A DNA stretch of 64,000 nt from Atribacterota bacterium (GTDB lineage: Bacteria > Atribacterota > Phoenicimicrobiia > Phoenicimicrobiales > Phoenicimicrobiaceae): assembly GCA_038203565.1 (NCBI GenBank), contig JBBRDV010000001.1, forward strand, positions 72,335 through 136,334, read 5' to 3'. The stretch's first letter is position 1, and the number at the start of each line of letters is the position of its first letter. Both the position numbers and the translations under genes were made by a program. The notes below the pieces were generated by a model. That model saw only the letters and a list, made by a program, of their open reading frames with translations. It did no database searches and was not told where the DNA came from. This document shows, piece by piece, positions 20,899 to 30,652 of the stretch.

Positions 20899-21876
20899 TT
20901 ATATTTCTTTAAAGTGCTCAACTATGTTAGCATCAATAAATTTACCGGTATTAAGTATAGCATTTTTAAAAGTTTTTGCTTTAGACCGTCCATGACATAT
21001 AAAGCATAATCCGTTTACGCCTAATAGGGGAGATCCGCCATATTCTGTATAATCGGTCATTTTTACCAAATTCATAAATTTTTCCTTTAATTTATCCATT
21101 TCTTGATTTTGGGGAAGTTGACTGATTACCATACTATTAACCTCTGTTAAAAGCAATTTTGCTAAACCTTCAGAAGATTTTAATAATATGTTGCCAGTAA
21201 ATCCATCACAAACTAATACATCTGCTTTTCCCTTAAAAATATCCTTACCTTCGATATTCCCCACAAAATTAATATTGGCACTTTCTAAATTTTTATAGGC
21301 ATTTTGACTAAATTTATTTCCTTTATTTTCTTCCTCACCTATATTTAGCAATCCTATTTTCGGATTTTCTATTCCTAAAATATATTTTGCGTATTTGCTT
21401 CCTATAAAGGCAAATTGGGGTAAATGTTCCGGTTTGCAATCAACATTTGCACCCACATCTAATACTAATACTTTCCCTTTTTCCGAGGGCAATATGGCAG
21501 CAATAGCCGGACGGCGTATTTGAGGAATACACCCTAACTCCAATAATGCCGCGGCCATAACCGCCCCGCTATTTCCGGCAGAAATAAAAGCATCAGCCTG
21601 ATTATTTTTTATTAATTTCGTGCCTATCACTATAGAAGAATCCCTTTTATTCCGTATGGCATCTAAAGGAAACTCACCTGTTTCAATATATTCTTTACAA
21701 ATTATGACCGATAATTTATCTTTTTTATATTTATATTTTATTAACTCTTTTTTGACTTTCTCCATATCACCTAATAAAATAATCTCTAAGTCTCTTTCTT
21801 CTAAGGCTAAAATTGCGCCTTTCACAACTTCTTCGGGGGCATAATCCCCTCCCATGGCATCAAGAGCTATTTTCAT
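20899..21876 (-). CDS. plsX: phosphate acyltransferase PlsX
   Basis: MKIALDAMGGDYAP.. PlsX N-terminus. Lies immediately downstream of fapR. Confidence 0.9.
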   Translation of the reverse strand: MKIALDAMGGDYAPEEVVKGAILALEERDLEIILLGDMEKVKKELIKYKYKKDKLSVIICKEYIETGEFPLDAIRNKRDSSIVIGTKLIKNNQADAFISAGNSGAVMAAALLELGCIPQIRRPAIAAILPSEKGKVLVLDVGANVDCKPEHLPQFAFIGSKYAKYILGIENPKIGLLNIGEEENKGNKFSQNAYKNLESANINFVGNIEGKDIFKGKADVLVCDGFTGNILLKSSEGLAKLLLTEVNSMVISQLPQNQEMDKLKEKFMNLVKMTDYTEYGGSPLLGVNGLCFICHGRSKAKTFKNAILNTGKFIDANIVEHFKEI

Positions 21877-22464
21877 TTAAGCTTTCTCCTTTTTTACTTT
21901 ATCGTTAACCGAAAAAATTACTAATTTTCCCGTAAATACTTCCTTTTGATCAGATTTTACGTGTACTGATACTAAATATTTATTACCTCTATTACGAGCA
22001 ACCCTTGCCTTGGCAACCAAAGTTTCTCCGGCATATACAGGTTTTTTGTAACTTAATCGGGCAATTCCCGTTAAGGCAACTTCTGTGTCAATGATGGAAA
22101 TGGCTAATGAGTCGGCTAAAGAAAAGATATAGTGACTTCGAATTATTCCGGTTCTTCCAAAAGCCATATCTTTTGTAGTCTTCAAGATAGCAATTCCGTT
22201 TTTTCCTAACTCTATATCTATTAATTCTCCGATTATCTCTTCTCTTTTTAGAGATTTTACCTTATCCTTGGAAGAAGTATTTTTGGCAACCAGCACTATC
22301 CGTTTTCTCATTTCAGGAATCCCCATTTCCAGTCGATCTAATCGAATAGTTTGCACACTAATGCTAAATAATTCAGCAAGTTTTTTATCAGACAAAAATG
22401 GGTCCTTCGAAATATTTTCCTTTATTCTTTTTTGCCTTTCTAATTTACTTAAATTTCGAATCAT
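21877..22464 (-). CDS. fapR: fatty acid and phospholipid biosynthesis regulator FapR
   Basis: N-terminal HTH (SVQTIRLDRLEMGIPE) plus a hotdog thioesterase-like effector domain. Upstream of plsX, as in Bacillota. Confidence 0.85.
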   Translation of the reverse strand: MIRNLSKLERQKRIKENISKDPFLSDKKLAELFSISVQTIRLDRLEMGIPEMRKRIVLVAKNTSSKDKVKSLKREEIIGELIDIELGKNGIAILKTTKDMAFGRTGIIRSHYIFSLADSLAISIIDTEVALTGIARLSYKKPVYAGETLVAKARVARNRGNKYLVSVHVKSDQKEVFTGKLVIFSVNDKVKKEKA

Positions 22465-22503
22465 TTTCCCAACCGCCTATTTTATATTTATTAATAGCAC
22501 CTA

Positions 22504-22557
22504 TTATTAGCAACTACTAATTGTAAGTATTATACATTAAGCGTATCTAAAAATCAA
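22504..22557 (-). promoter_or_regulatory. putative fapR promoter with FapR-box-like palindrome
   Basis: Minus strand: TTGATT at 22552-22557, a 17-nt spacer, then TATAAT at 22529-22534. Downstream at 22504-22520 is TTAGTAGTTGCTAATAA, which resembles the B. subtilis FapR operator pattern TTAGTA-N5-TANTAA. Confidence 0.45.
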
Positions 22558-22583
22558 ACATATTTCTTATTTGATGCAGAAAT

Positions 22584-22627
22584 AAAAAAAGTGCCACATT
22601 TTAATAAATTAACTGGGCACTTTTTTA
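22584..22627 (-). terminator. intrinsic terminator downstream of rpmF
   Basis: Minus strand reads AAAAAGTGCC-(loop)-GGCACTTTTTTT. A second hairpin TATTTCT..AGAAATA lies just beyond. Confidence 0.6.
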
Positions 22628-22653
22628 CATCTAATAATAACGATATTTAGAAT

Positions 22654-22851
22654 TTATTTCGTTTTGTCTTTTTTTTCAGAAGATGAAATAATTTCTTTTC
22701 CATTATAATAACCACATTCAAGACATGCTCTGTGAGGCAATTTCATCTCATGGCATCTAGGACATTCCTCTAAGTTTACTTCATTCAAATTCCAGTGCGT
22801 ACGTCTCTTATCTCTTCTTGATTTGGATGTTTTTCTTTTTGGTACCGGCAT
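22654..22851 (-). CDS. rpmF: 50S ribosomal protein L32
   Basis: MPVPKRKTSKSRRDKRRTH plus a C4 zinc ribbon (CPRC..CLEC). Confidence 0.9.
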   Translation of the reverse strand: MPVPKRKTSKSRRDKRRTHWNLNEVNLEECPRCHEMKLPHRACLECGYYNGKEIISSSEKKDKTK

Positions 22852-22919
22852 AACGCATGCCTCCTTATTATATAATATAATTTAATTTTATCGGGATTTC
22901 CTTTTTTCCGTAAAGCCTA

Positions 22920-23117
22920 ATTAGTCGTTAGCTTCAAATACAAGTTTTTAGTTATCAATTTACAGTTTATTACAATGGAGTATGATAATACAACCTTAAC
23001 ACGCTTTGAGTTTTCTAAAAACTGGCAACTTGTAACTTGAAACTTAAAACCCATAACTTATTAATCATTAATGTGTTTTATTTACTAAATACTATTCACT
23101 ATTCATTAACGACTAAT
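22920..23117. mobile_element. MITE-like dispersed repeat, copy B (~198 bp) with perfect-ish terminal inverted repeats
   Basis: ATTAGTCGTTAG ... TTAACGACTAAT termini. The core (TACAACCT..ACGCTTTGA.TTTTCTA.AAACTGGCAACTTG.AAC) aligns with copy A. Confidence 0.6.
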
Positions 23118-23169
23118 ATAATATCTTAATAACTTTAAAAGTATATAATTTCTTATTGAAAAAAGCAAA

Positions 23170-24525
23170 TTATTTTTGATTTTTTTTATTGTGTCTATTA
23201 GCCTTTATTTTAGATAAATCAGGCTTTTTTTTACATTCTTTTTCGAAGGATTTTTCTCTCATTAAATTTTTATAATTTTCTTTCTGAAAAGTATATTTAA
23301 AGTTAGTATGAATATCATAAGTACCTTCCAGCAGGGCTACCACATCTTCCACAAAGACTAATTCTTCGTCGGTGGGGATAATAAATATCTTTACCGGAGA
23401 ATCATCGGCAGAGATATCAAGTTCAGCATTCCTGGTTCTGGCTATTTTATTCTTTTGGGGGTTATATTTAATTCCTAAATTATCTAAACCTTCTAATACC
23501 TTTTCTCTGATAGTATCACTCAACTCCCCTACTCCGGCGGTAAAGACCAGGGCATCTACTCTTCCTAAAGCGGCAGTATAGGCACCAATATATTTCTTCA
23601 GTCGGTAGGATTCCATTTCGATGGCCAACTGAGATCTTTTGTCCCCTTGGGAGGCTGCTTTTATCACATCTCTTCTATCTATATACTTACCGGTTATACC
23701 CAATATTCCACTCTTCTTATTGAGTATAGTATCCATCTCTTGGGGAGAATAACCTTCCTGCTGCATAACATAGAAGTCCAGAGCGGCATCATGGTCTCCG
23801 GCTCTGGTACCCATAATGGCTCCCTCTAAAGGGGTAAATCCCATACTAGTATCATAAGAAAGACCATTTTTCACTGCATTTACACTTACTCCATTTCCGA
23901 TATGGCAGCTGATTAAGTTACAGCTAAAGGGGTCTTTACCCAGGAGAACAGCTGCTCTTTTAGCAACATATAATAATGAAGTGCCGTGAAAACCATATCT
24001 TCTTATCCCGTATTTTTCATACCACTGGTAGGGTACGGCGTAATTATAGACATAGTCAGGCATAGTCTGATGCCAGGCTGTATCCATAATAGCCATATGG
24101 GGAATATCAGGTAATAGTTCCATGGCTGCCTCAATTCCCATGATATTAGGGGGATTGTGCAGGGGAGCGAGTACGGCAAGTTCTTTAAATGTTTTTAGGA
24201 CTTCCCGGTTGATGATTACCGATTTGTAAAATTTTTCACCCCCATGAACTACCCTATGGCCGATAGCGGAAATATCTGATAAATCCTTTATGGCACCGTA
24301 TTCTGGATGAACAAGGCTATCTATAATTAATTTTATAGCTTCTTTATGGGTAGGACAATTATGCTCTATGGTAACTTTTTCTTTATGATTAACCTCATGG
24401 ACACAGAAAGAATCTCCTATGATGACTCGCTCTACTATACCTTTGGCAATTATTTCCTGTTTTTCCCAATTATAGAGTTGATATTTTACAGAGGAACTGC
24501 CACAGTTAAAAGATAAGATGATCAT
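23170..24525 (-). CDS. ackA: acetate kinase with ~45-aa lysine-rich C-terminal extension
   Basis: Acetate/propionate kinase hallmarks (LSFNCGSSSVKYQL, GHRVVHGG, IPTDEEL). At 451 aa versus the usual ~400 aa, the extra tail is KENYKNLMREKSFEKECKKKPDLSKIKANRHNKKNQK. Confidence 0.9.
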   Translation of the reverse strand: MIILSFNCGSSSVKYQLYNWEKQEIIAKGIVERVIIGDSFCVHEVNHKEKVTIEHNCPTHKEAIKLIIDSLVHPEYGAIKDLSDISAIGHRVVHGGEKFYKSVIINREVLKTFKELAVLAPLHNPPNIMGIEAAMELLPDIPHMAIMDTAWHQTMPDYVYNYAVPYQWYEKYGIRRYGFHGTSLLYVAKRAAVLLGKDPFSCNLISCHIGNGVSVNAVKNGLSYDTSMGFTPLEGAIMGTRAGDHDAALDFYVMQQEGYSPQEMDTILNKKSGILGITGKYIDRRDVIKAASQGDKRSQLAIEMESYRLKKYIGAYTAALGRVDALVFTAGVGELSDTIREKVLEGLDNLGIKYNPQKNKIARTRNAELDISADDSPVKIFIIPTDEELVFVEDVVALLEGTYDIHTNFKYTFQKENYKNLMREKSFEKECKKKPDLSKIKANRHNKKNQK

Positions 24526-24666
24526 AGTTTTTTCCTCCCAATCTTTTGCCTATATTTAAACTTGACAATTTATTTCTAATTATTTTTAGCAGGTTCGACG
24601 TATCGTACGCCCACCTCTTAGCCTTAATCTTCTCCACGCAATACTCGATACTCGATGCTAATTACT

Positions 24667-24682
24667 ATTCACTAACGACTAA
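24667..24682. repeat. representative copy of the 17-mer boundary motif TTCACTAACGACTAAT
   Basis: The same or a one- to three-mismatch motif, in either orientation, is at 2530, 6787, 7527, 10017, 10030, 22920, 23106, 31372, 31425, 34600, 39546, 39603, 60811 and 63638, always intergenic or touching a stop codon. Confidence 0.7.
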
Positions 24683-24691
24683 TCTATATAT

Positions 24692-25693
24692 TTATACTTC
24701 ACCTGCTTGTAATACGGTAATTGCTACCACATTAACTATGTCTTCGGCACTACAACCGCGAGAAAGGTCATTAACCGGTTTTCTCATCCCCTGAGAGATG
24801 GGACCTATGGCCTCAGCTTTAGCTAATCTTTCTATTAATTTATAAGCAATGTTTCCAGAATTTAGATCGGGGAATATCAGGACATTAGCTTTTCCGGCAA
24901 TTTTACTGTTTGGAGCTTTTCGCTCTCCAATTGAGGGAATCAATGCAGCATCAGCCTGAAGTTCTCCATCGATAAGTAACTCCGGCTTCTTTTCTTTGGC
25001 AATTTTAGTAGCCTCGATTACTTTTTCCACTAAAGGATGTTTGGCACTCCCCTTAGTCGAAAAAGATAACATTGCTACTTTTGGTTCAAAGCCAATCAGT
25101 GCTTTTCCGGTTGCAGCACTGGCGATAGCAACATCAGCAAGCTGTTCGGCATTGGGTTCCGGATTTAAAGCACAATCAGCAAAAACTATGATTCCCTTTT
25201 CTCCATAAGGGCAATCAGGTACCACCATAACAAAAGAACTGGAAACAATATTTATACCAGGGGCAGTTTTTATAGTCTGTAGAGCTGGTCTAAAAACATC
25301 TCCTGTGGCGTTAATAGAACCGGCAACCAAACCATCTGCATCATCATGATAGACCATTAATGCACCAAAATAAAGAGGATTTTCCAATAATTGGTAAGCT
25401 TCGTCTAAGCTTACTCCTTTATTTTTACGAATTTGGTAATATGATTCAGCATATTCTTTCAATTTTTCCGAATCTTTGGGATTTATTATTTTAATCTTAT
25501 TCGGTAAATCAATTCCCAATTCCCGGGCTTTAGACTTAATACTTTCTTCTCTTCCTAAAAGTATTAAACTGGCAAAACCCTCATTAATAATAGTTTCCGC
25601 CGCTTTAATCATCCTTGGCTCTTCACCCTCCGGAAGCACAATAATTTTAGGGTTTTTTTTAGCTTTTTCACGAATGAGTTGTGATAATTTCAT
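24692..25693 (-). CDS. pta: phosphate acetyltransferase (short form)
   Basis: 333 aa PTA_PTB family with C-terminal ..SRGCSAEDIVN.. Confidence 0.9.
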   Translation of the reverse strand: MKLSQLIREKAKKNPKIIVLPEGEEPRMIKAAETIINEGFASLILLGREESIKSKARELGIDLPNKIKIINPKDSEKLKEYAESYYQIRKNKGVSLDEAYQLLENPLYFGALMVYHDDADGLVAGSINATGDVFRPALQTIKTAPGINIVSSSFVMVVPDCPYGEKGIIVFADCALNPEPNAEQLADVAIASAATGKALIGFEPKVAMLSFSTKGSAKHPLVEKVIEATKIAKEKKPELLIDGELQADAALIPSIGERKAPNSKIAGKANVLIFPDLNSGNIAYKLIERLAKAEAIGPISQGMRKPVNDLSRGCSAEDIVNVVAITVLQAGEV

Positions 25694-25745
25694 TTATCTC
25701 CTCCTTTTAATTAACATTTATTAATGTAAACATTAGTGTGTATTT

Positions 25746-25776
25746 AGAGAAAGAAAAGACTGGTACTTTTCTTTCT
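25746..25776. promoter_or_regulatory. hairpin in pta/tmcAL divergent spacer
   Basis: AGAAAGAAAAG-ACTGGTA-CTTTTCTTTCT: an 11-bp stem. Confidence 0.4.
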
Positions 25777-25888
25777 ATTTCTATACGCAATACACGTACG
25801 ATATGCGAGATACGGATATATTACTATCAATTTTATTGCAAATTTTGTATAATTATAACATAAAATATTTTTTAAATCGAGAAATCTT

Positions 25889-27211
25889 ATGAAAATATTA
25901 GGAATAATTACTGAATATAATCCTTTTCACAATGGCCATCTTTACCATCTTTTTAAAGCAAAAGAAATAACCAGGGCAGATTATGTAGTAGCAGTCATGA
26001 GCGGAAATTTTCTGCAGAGAGGAGAGCCGGCAATTATAAATAAATGGGCCAGAACAAAGATGGCACTCAATGCCGGTGTTGATCTGATAATTGAGCTCCC
26101 CTTTGTTTTTTCTACTCAGGATGCAAACGGTTTTGCCTTTGGAGCAGTAAAATTACTTGATTCGCTTAAGATTATAGATTATCTATGTTTTGGTTGTGAA
26201 ACTGATAACCTTGATACCCTTTACTCTATAAGCAATTTTTTACATGTTGAACCACAGAAATATAAAGAGTTGATAGTATACAATAGTAAAAACGGATACG
26301 CATTTCCCAAAGCAAGGAGCCAGGCCTTATGTGAATACCATAGGAAATTCGGAATAGACGGCTTAGAAAAAATATCAACTTTAGAGTTAAGTAAATTACT
26401 AAAATACCCCAATAATATTTTAGCATTAGAATATATAAAACATCTATTAAATCTAAAGAGCAAAATCAAGCCTATAGCCATAAAAAGAATAGGTGCAAGT
26501 TATCATCAAAAGAATATTAAAGGTAAAATTTCCAGTGCTACCTCTATCAGAAATGAAATACTAAATAATTTAAGCTCCCCTAAAACCGACCTTTTTATGC
26601 TAAATGATAAAATAAAATCAACCATTCCTCCGTCAGGATTTTCTGTATTAGAGAGGGAATTAAGAGAAGGCAGGGGCCCTATCACCCTCGACTCTTACCG
26701 GCAATCTATTTTTGCTATATTGAGAAGAATGTCATCGGATGATATTTCCCGTATTCATGGAGTAACTGAGGGATTGGAAAATAGAATAGAGAAAGCATCT
26801 TTAAAATCTTATTCCGTTGAGCAATTAATTAATTCAATTAAAACCAGGAGATATACCCGTACTAAAATTCAACGCATAATTTTGCACATTATGATGAATC
26901 TATCCAAAGAAGATATAGCCATATTCAATAAGTATGGATCTTTGTATGCAAGGGTTTTGGGATTTTCTAAAAAAGGGAAAACTCTATTAAGAGCTATTAA
27001 AAAAAATTCTTCTACGCCTTTAATCAGTAAGCTATCAAATTATTTAAGGCAAATAATTTTCGAAAAAAATAATCGTCTTCGAAATAGATTAGTTAAGATG
27101 CTTGATTATGACATTCTTGCTACTGATATATATGTTCTTGGTAATAAAAAAGCAGAAGATAGGGTGGCTCGGCTTGATTTTACTCACAAAATAGCAATAA
27201 AAAAAGACTAA
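25889..27211 (+). CDS. tmcAL: tRNA(Met) cytidine acetate ligase TmcAL (YlbM/UPF0348)
   Basis: N-terminal nucleotidyltransferase motif YNPFHNGHLYH. Conserved neighbourhood with ylbL-coaD-rsmD. Confidence 0.8.
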   Translation: MKILGIITEYNPFHNGHLYHLFKAKEITRADYVVAVMSGNFLQRGEPAIINKWARTKMALNAGVDLIIELPFVFSTQDANGFAFGAVKLLDSLKIIDYLCFGCETDNLDTLYSISNFLHVEPQKYKELIVYNSKNGYAFPKARSQALCEYHRKFGIDGLEKISTLELSKLLKYPNNILALEYIKHLLNLKSKIKPIAIKRIGASYHQKNIKGKISSATSIRNEILNNLSSPKTDLFMLNDKIKSTIPPSGFSVLERELREGRGPITLDSYRQSIFAILRRMSSDDISRIHGVTEGLENRIEKASLKSYSVEQLINSIKTRRYTRTKIQRIILHIMMNLSKEDIAIFNKYGSLYARVLGFSKKGKTLLRAIKKNSSTPLISKLSNYLRQIIFEKNNRLRNRLVKMLDYDILATDIYVLGNKKAEDRVARLDFTHKIAIKKD

Positions 27212-27245
27212 ATTATTTCTTATCATCTATAATAATTTTTCATTT

Positions 27246-28238
27246 TTATAATTTTATTAATTTCATTATTGCATCATCAAAATCATCAACCGGAATGATT
27301 CTAATACCATGACTGAATTTAAGAGCTTCTGGGTAATTTTTTTGAGGCACTAAAAATACGCCAGCTTTATGTTTTTTTGCAGATAGTATTTTTTGTTTAA
27401 TTCCATCTACTTCGGTTATTCTCCCATCCATACTTAAATTACCGGTACCGGCGATCAACAAACCACTGCTTAGATCATTTTCGGCTAATTGATTCAATAT
27501 TTCTAAGGCAATCATTAGACCAGCAGAAGGTCCTTTTATCTTTTCTAAATTTATTTCTATTTTTAAAGGGAATCTGCATTGAAGATCTTTAGTATCAGTA
27601 TAGATACCTATCCCTATTCCTTCTGTTTCATCATCAGCGCTAGGAAGTTCAATTAGAGGAATTGATGTTGAATAAGTACTATTATCTCTTAAAAAAGTAA
27701 TTCTTACAATTTGACTTAAATTATAACTTCTGATAATTTCTGAAAATTCTTCCAGAGTATAAACCTGTTGCTCATCAATTTTTATAATCACATCACCCGG
27801 TAATAATTTATTTTTTGCCGGACTGTTATCCAATATTCCGTTAATCAATATTCCTCGTCCTGATATTTCCGGCGAATATCCTGCTTTCCTTATAGCTACA
27901 ACTTTGGAAATCATCTGGCTTTCTTGCATTAATTTTTCCATTATATTAATATAATCTTTTTGTTTCATCTTCAATAATATTTCATCATCCCTATTTTTTA
28001 AATCTATGTTAGGGTCAAAAAATCCATAAATATATAATAATAAATTGGCTTTTATTATAGCGGTTGAAGTAAGGAGAAATTGGCCTTTAGCGTCTTTTTC
28101 GCCGTTTTCTACTGTAATATTTTTACTAAGATTGATGGCTTGCCCCGGAATTATCAGGAAATAGGGAGTAGGGATTAGATTAAGTAAGAATAGAACTGTG
28201 ATTATAATAATTAAAAAATATCTTTTAAAATAATACAT
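27246..28238 (-). CDS. YlbL-like membrane-anchored PDZ + Lon-C (S16) peptidase
   Basis: N-terminal TM helix, a PDZ domain, and a Lon protease C-terminal proteolytic core (PSAGLMIALEIL..K). Confidence 0.75.
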   Translation of the reverse strand: MYYFKRYFLIIIITVLFLLNLIPTPYFLIIPGQAINLSKNITVENGEKDAKGQFLLTSTAIIKANLLLYIYGFFDPNIDLKNRDDEILLKMKQKDYINIMEKLMQESQMISKVVAIRKAGYSPEISGRGILINGILDNSPAKNKLLPGDVIIKIDEQQVYTLEEFSEIIRSYNLSQIVRITFLRDNSTYSTSIPLIELPSADDETEGIGIGIYTDTKDLQCRFPLKIEINLEKIKGPSAGLMIALEILNQLAENDLSSGLLIAGTGNLSMDGRITEVDGIKQKILSAKKHKAGVFLVPQKNYPEALKFSHGIRIIPVDDFDDAIMKLIKL

Positions 28239-28320
28239 TGTTTCTCTTTATCATCCAGATAGATTTTTATTCCGATTCAATAATAAATATTTTCGCTAAA
28301 AAAATTGCTAAAGTTCTTTT

Positions 28321-28809
28321 TTAAGCTTTTTTATTGAAAAATAATGTCTTTAACTTTTTCTCTACAATTTCCGGGACCAACTGGAATATGTTACCATTTA
28401 AACTCGCTATCTCTTTAACTATACTGGAATTTAAATAAGAATACTTAGAACAAGTAACCATAAAAATTGTTTCAATCTCCGGAGCAAGTCTTTTATTCAT
28501 TAAAGCCAGTTGTGATTCATGTTCAAAATCAGATATGGCTCTCATCCCCCTGATGATAATATTTGCTTTATTTTTTCTAACAAAATCAGTTAATAAACCG
28601 GAAAATGACAGCACTTTAACCTCCTCCAAATCCTTGATGGTCTCTTTTATCATATCTACTCTTTCTTGGGCTGAAAACAAAGTTGATTTTTTAGAATCGA
28701 CTGCCACTGCTACTATTAATTTATCAACAATTTTTATGGTTCTTTCAATAATATTTAAATGGCCATTAGTAATTGGATCAAAACTACCTGGATAAACGGC
28801 AATTTTCAT
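28321..28809 (-). CDS. coaD: phosphopantetheine adenylyltransferase
   Basis: MKIAVYPGSFDPITNGH. The start is probably the internal M; the ORF track extends to 28848. Confidence 0.9.
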   Translation of the reverse strand: MKIAVYPGSFDPITNGHLNIIERTIKIVDKLIVAVAVDSKKSTLFSAQERVDMIKETIKDLEEVKVLSFSGLLTDFVRKNKANIIIRGMRAISDFEHESQLALMNKRLAPEIETIFMVTCSKYSYLNSSIVKEIASLNGNIFQLVPEIVEKKLKTLFFNKKA

Positions 28810-28876
28810 TTTTCCCTCCTTGCTATACGCTATAGTTCCTTTATTCACTTGACTCTTACAATTTTAAAATTTCCTA

Positions 28877-29434
28877 TTAAATATTAACATAATCGTAAAA
28901 AGATAGGTAGCACTCTCCGTATCTTCTTTGATTAAACAATTTCAAATTATTTAAATTTTCCATAACTTTTTCTTTTTTGTGATGTTGGGCAATCACCAAA
29001 CCATTATGTCTCAATATAGGTAATTTCGCTATTTCTAATAAAGAAATATTTACCAGTCCTTTGCTGTAAGGGGGGTCAAAAAAGATATAATCCAATAGAT
29101 AATTTTTTTTGACTAGTAATTTTAGACCGGATAAAAAATCTATTTTGTAAACTATAGCATTTTGTCTGTTTCCAGTCTTTTCTAAATTTTCTTTTATAAT
29201 TTTTATGCATTTTAGCTCTTTTTCGATAAATATTACTTCTCTTGCCCCCCTGCTTAAGGCTTCAATTCCTATTGCACCGGTACCTGCAAATAGATCTAAA
29301 AAACAGGTTTCCTTGATAGATGTTCCCAAAATATCAAATAAAGCTTCCCTCACTTTTTCAGAAGTAGGACGAACAGATAAATCCTTGGGGAATTTTAATA
29401 TATTACCTTTGTTCTTCCCAGCAACAATTCTCAT
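28877..29434 (-). CDS. rsmD: 16S rRNA (guanine966-N2)-methyltransferase RsmD
   Basis: DLFAGTGAIGIEALSRGA and FFDPPY motifs. Confidence 0.85.
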   Translation of the reverse strand: MRIVAGKNKGNILKFPKDLSVRPTSEKVREALFDILGTSIKETCFLDLFAGTGAIGIEALSRGAREVIFIEKELKCIKIIKENLEKTGNRQNAIVYKIDFLSGLKLLVKKNYLLDYIFFDPPYSKGLVNISLLEIAKLPILRHNGLVIAQHHKKEKVMENLNNLKLFNQRRYGECYLSFYDYVNI

Positions 29435-29474
29435 AATTTACCTTTCGAATTAGACTTCTTTCTTCTTCTTTTCT

Positions 29475-29512
29475 TAACTAACCACTAACCAGGTAACCAC
29501 TTAACCAGCTAA
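29475..29512. repeat. periodic AACCA tract in rsmD/rpmB divergent spacer
   Basis: TAACTAACCACTAACCAGGTAACCACTTAACCAGCTAAG: four AACCA copies at 8-9 nt spacing. Confidence 0.6.
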
Positions 29513-29549
29513 GTAAATATTATAAACTTTAGATTATTTAAATTATTAC

Positions 29550-29579
29550 TTGCTAAGACTTTATATAATATGATAAAAT
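29550..29579 (+). promoter_or_regulatory. putative rpmB promoter
   Basis: TTGCTA, an 18-nt spacer, then an extended -10 element TGATAAAAT. RBS GGAGGAAA lies 8 nt before the ATG. Confidence 0.45.
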
Positions 29580-29624
29580 GTCTACTGTTAGATATTTTTT
29601 ACAACGGACAGGAGGAAATATAAA

Positions 29625-29813
29625 ATGGCAAAATGTGATATTTGTGGTAAAGGTCCACAATTTGGCAATAAAATAAGCCACTCTCATAGAGTTACTAAAA
29701 GAATGTGGCATCCCAATATACAAAAAATAAAAGCAAATATTGATAATACCGTAAAAAGAATTAATATCTGCACTAAATGCTTAAAAGCCAGTAAAGTAAA
29801 GAAAAGTTCTTAA
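29625..29813 (+). CDS. rpmB: 50S ribosomal protein L28
   Basis: MAKCDICGKGPQFGNKISHSHRVTKRMW, the L28 family signature. Preceded by a GGAGGAAA RBS. Confidence 0.9.
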   Translation: MAKCDICGKGPQFGNKISHSHRVTKRMWHPNIQKIKANIDNTVKRINICTKCLKASKVKKSS

Positions 29814-30652
29814 CCATACCATTCTTTAAGTTTATCAATTATTTCATTAGTTATCCAGTCAGGAGTAGAGGCACCACTGGCAATTCCAACTTTACCTTCA
29901 GGATAAAACCATTTATATTTTAGCTGGTTTTTAGTTTCAATATGATAAGTCTTTACTCCCTGATTCTTAGCTATTTCTGCTAATCGAGTTGTATTAGCGC
30001 TTTCCTTTCCTCCAATCACCAAAATCACATCTACTTCTTTTGCCAACTCAAATACGCTCTTTTGTCTTTCCGTGGTAGATTTACATATTGTATTAAATAT
30101 TCTTAATTCCTCAGCTCTGTTTAACAGGGCAGATGATAATTTAAAAAAATCATAAATATTTTTAGTGGTTTGAGAGATAAGACCAATTTTTTTCTTTCTA
30201 GTTATCTTCTCTGCATCGGAAATTGAATTTATTACTAAAGCATTGTTTTGAATCGTATCCAATAAACTTAGTACTTCGGGATGTTTCTTGTCTCCATAGA
30301 CAACTAAAAAATAGTCCTTCTCGTATAAATAACACGCTATTTTTTGTACTTTTCTAACATATGGACAGGTAGTGTCAACTACCGATAATTTTTTTTGGTA
30401 CGCTTTTTTAAGCATTGTAGGAGAAATACCGTGCGCCCTGGTTATAACCGTGCTTTCTTCCGGAACTTCATCTAAATTATCTGTTATCTTTACTCCCTTT
30501 TTTATAAAATATTCTATAACCTGAGGATTATTTATTATTGAACCTAACATATACAGGTTATTTTTTCTTGCTTTTAAGGCATTTTTGGCTAAGTTTACGG
30601 ATTTTTTGACTCCAAAACAAAATCCCATTTTTTTAGATAATATTATTTTCAA
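29810..30652 (-). CDS. ispH: 4-hydroxy-3-methylbut-2-enyl diphosphate reductase
   Basis: IspH/LytB family (GFCFGV.., ..TTCPYV..). Its 3' end converges with and overlaps rpmB by 4 nt. Confidence 0.9.
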   Translation of the reverse strand: MKIILSKKMGFCFGVKKSVNLAKNALKARKNNLYMLGSIINNPQVIEYFIKKGVKITDNLDEVPEESTVITRAHGISPTMLKKAYQKKLSVVDTTCPYVRKVQKIACYLYEKDYFLVVYGDKKHPEVLSLLDTIQNNALVINSISDAEKITRKKKIGLISQTTKNIYDFFKLSSALLNRAEELRIFNTICKSTTERQKSVFELAKEVDVILVIGGKESANTTRLAEIAKNQGVKTYHIETKNQLKYKWFYPEGKVGIASGASTPDWITNEIIDKLKEWYG

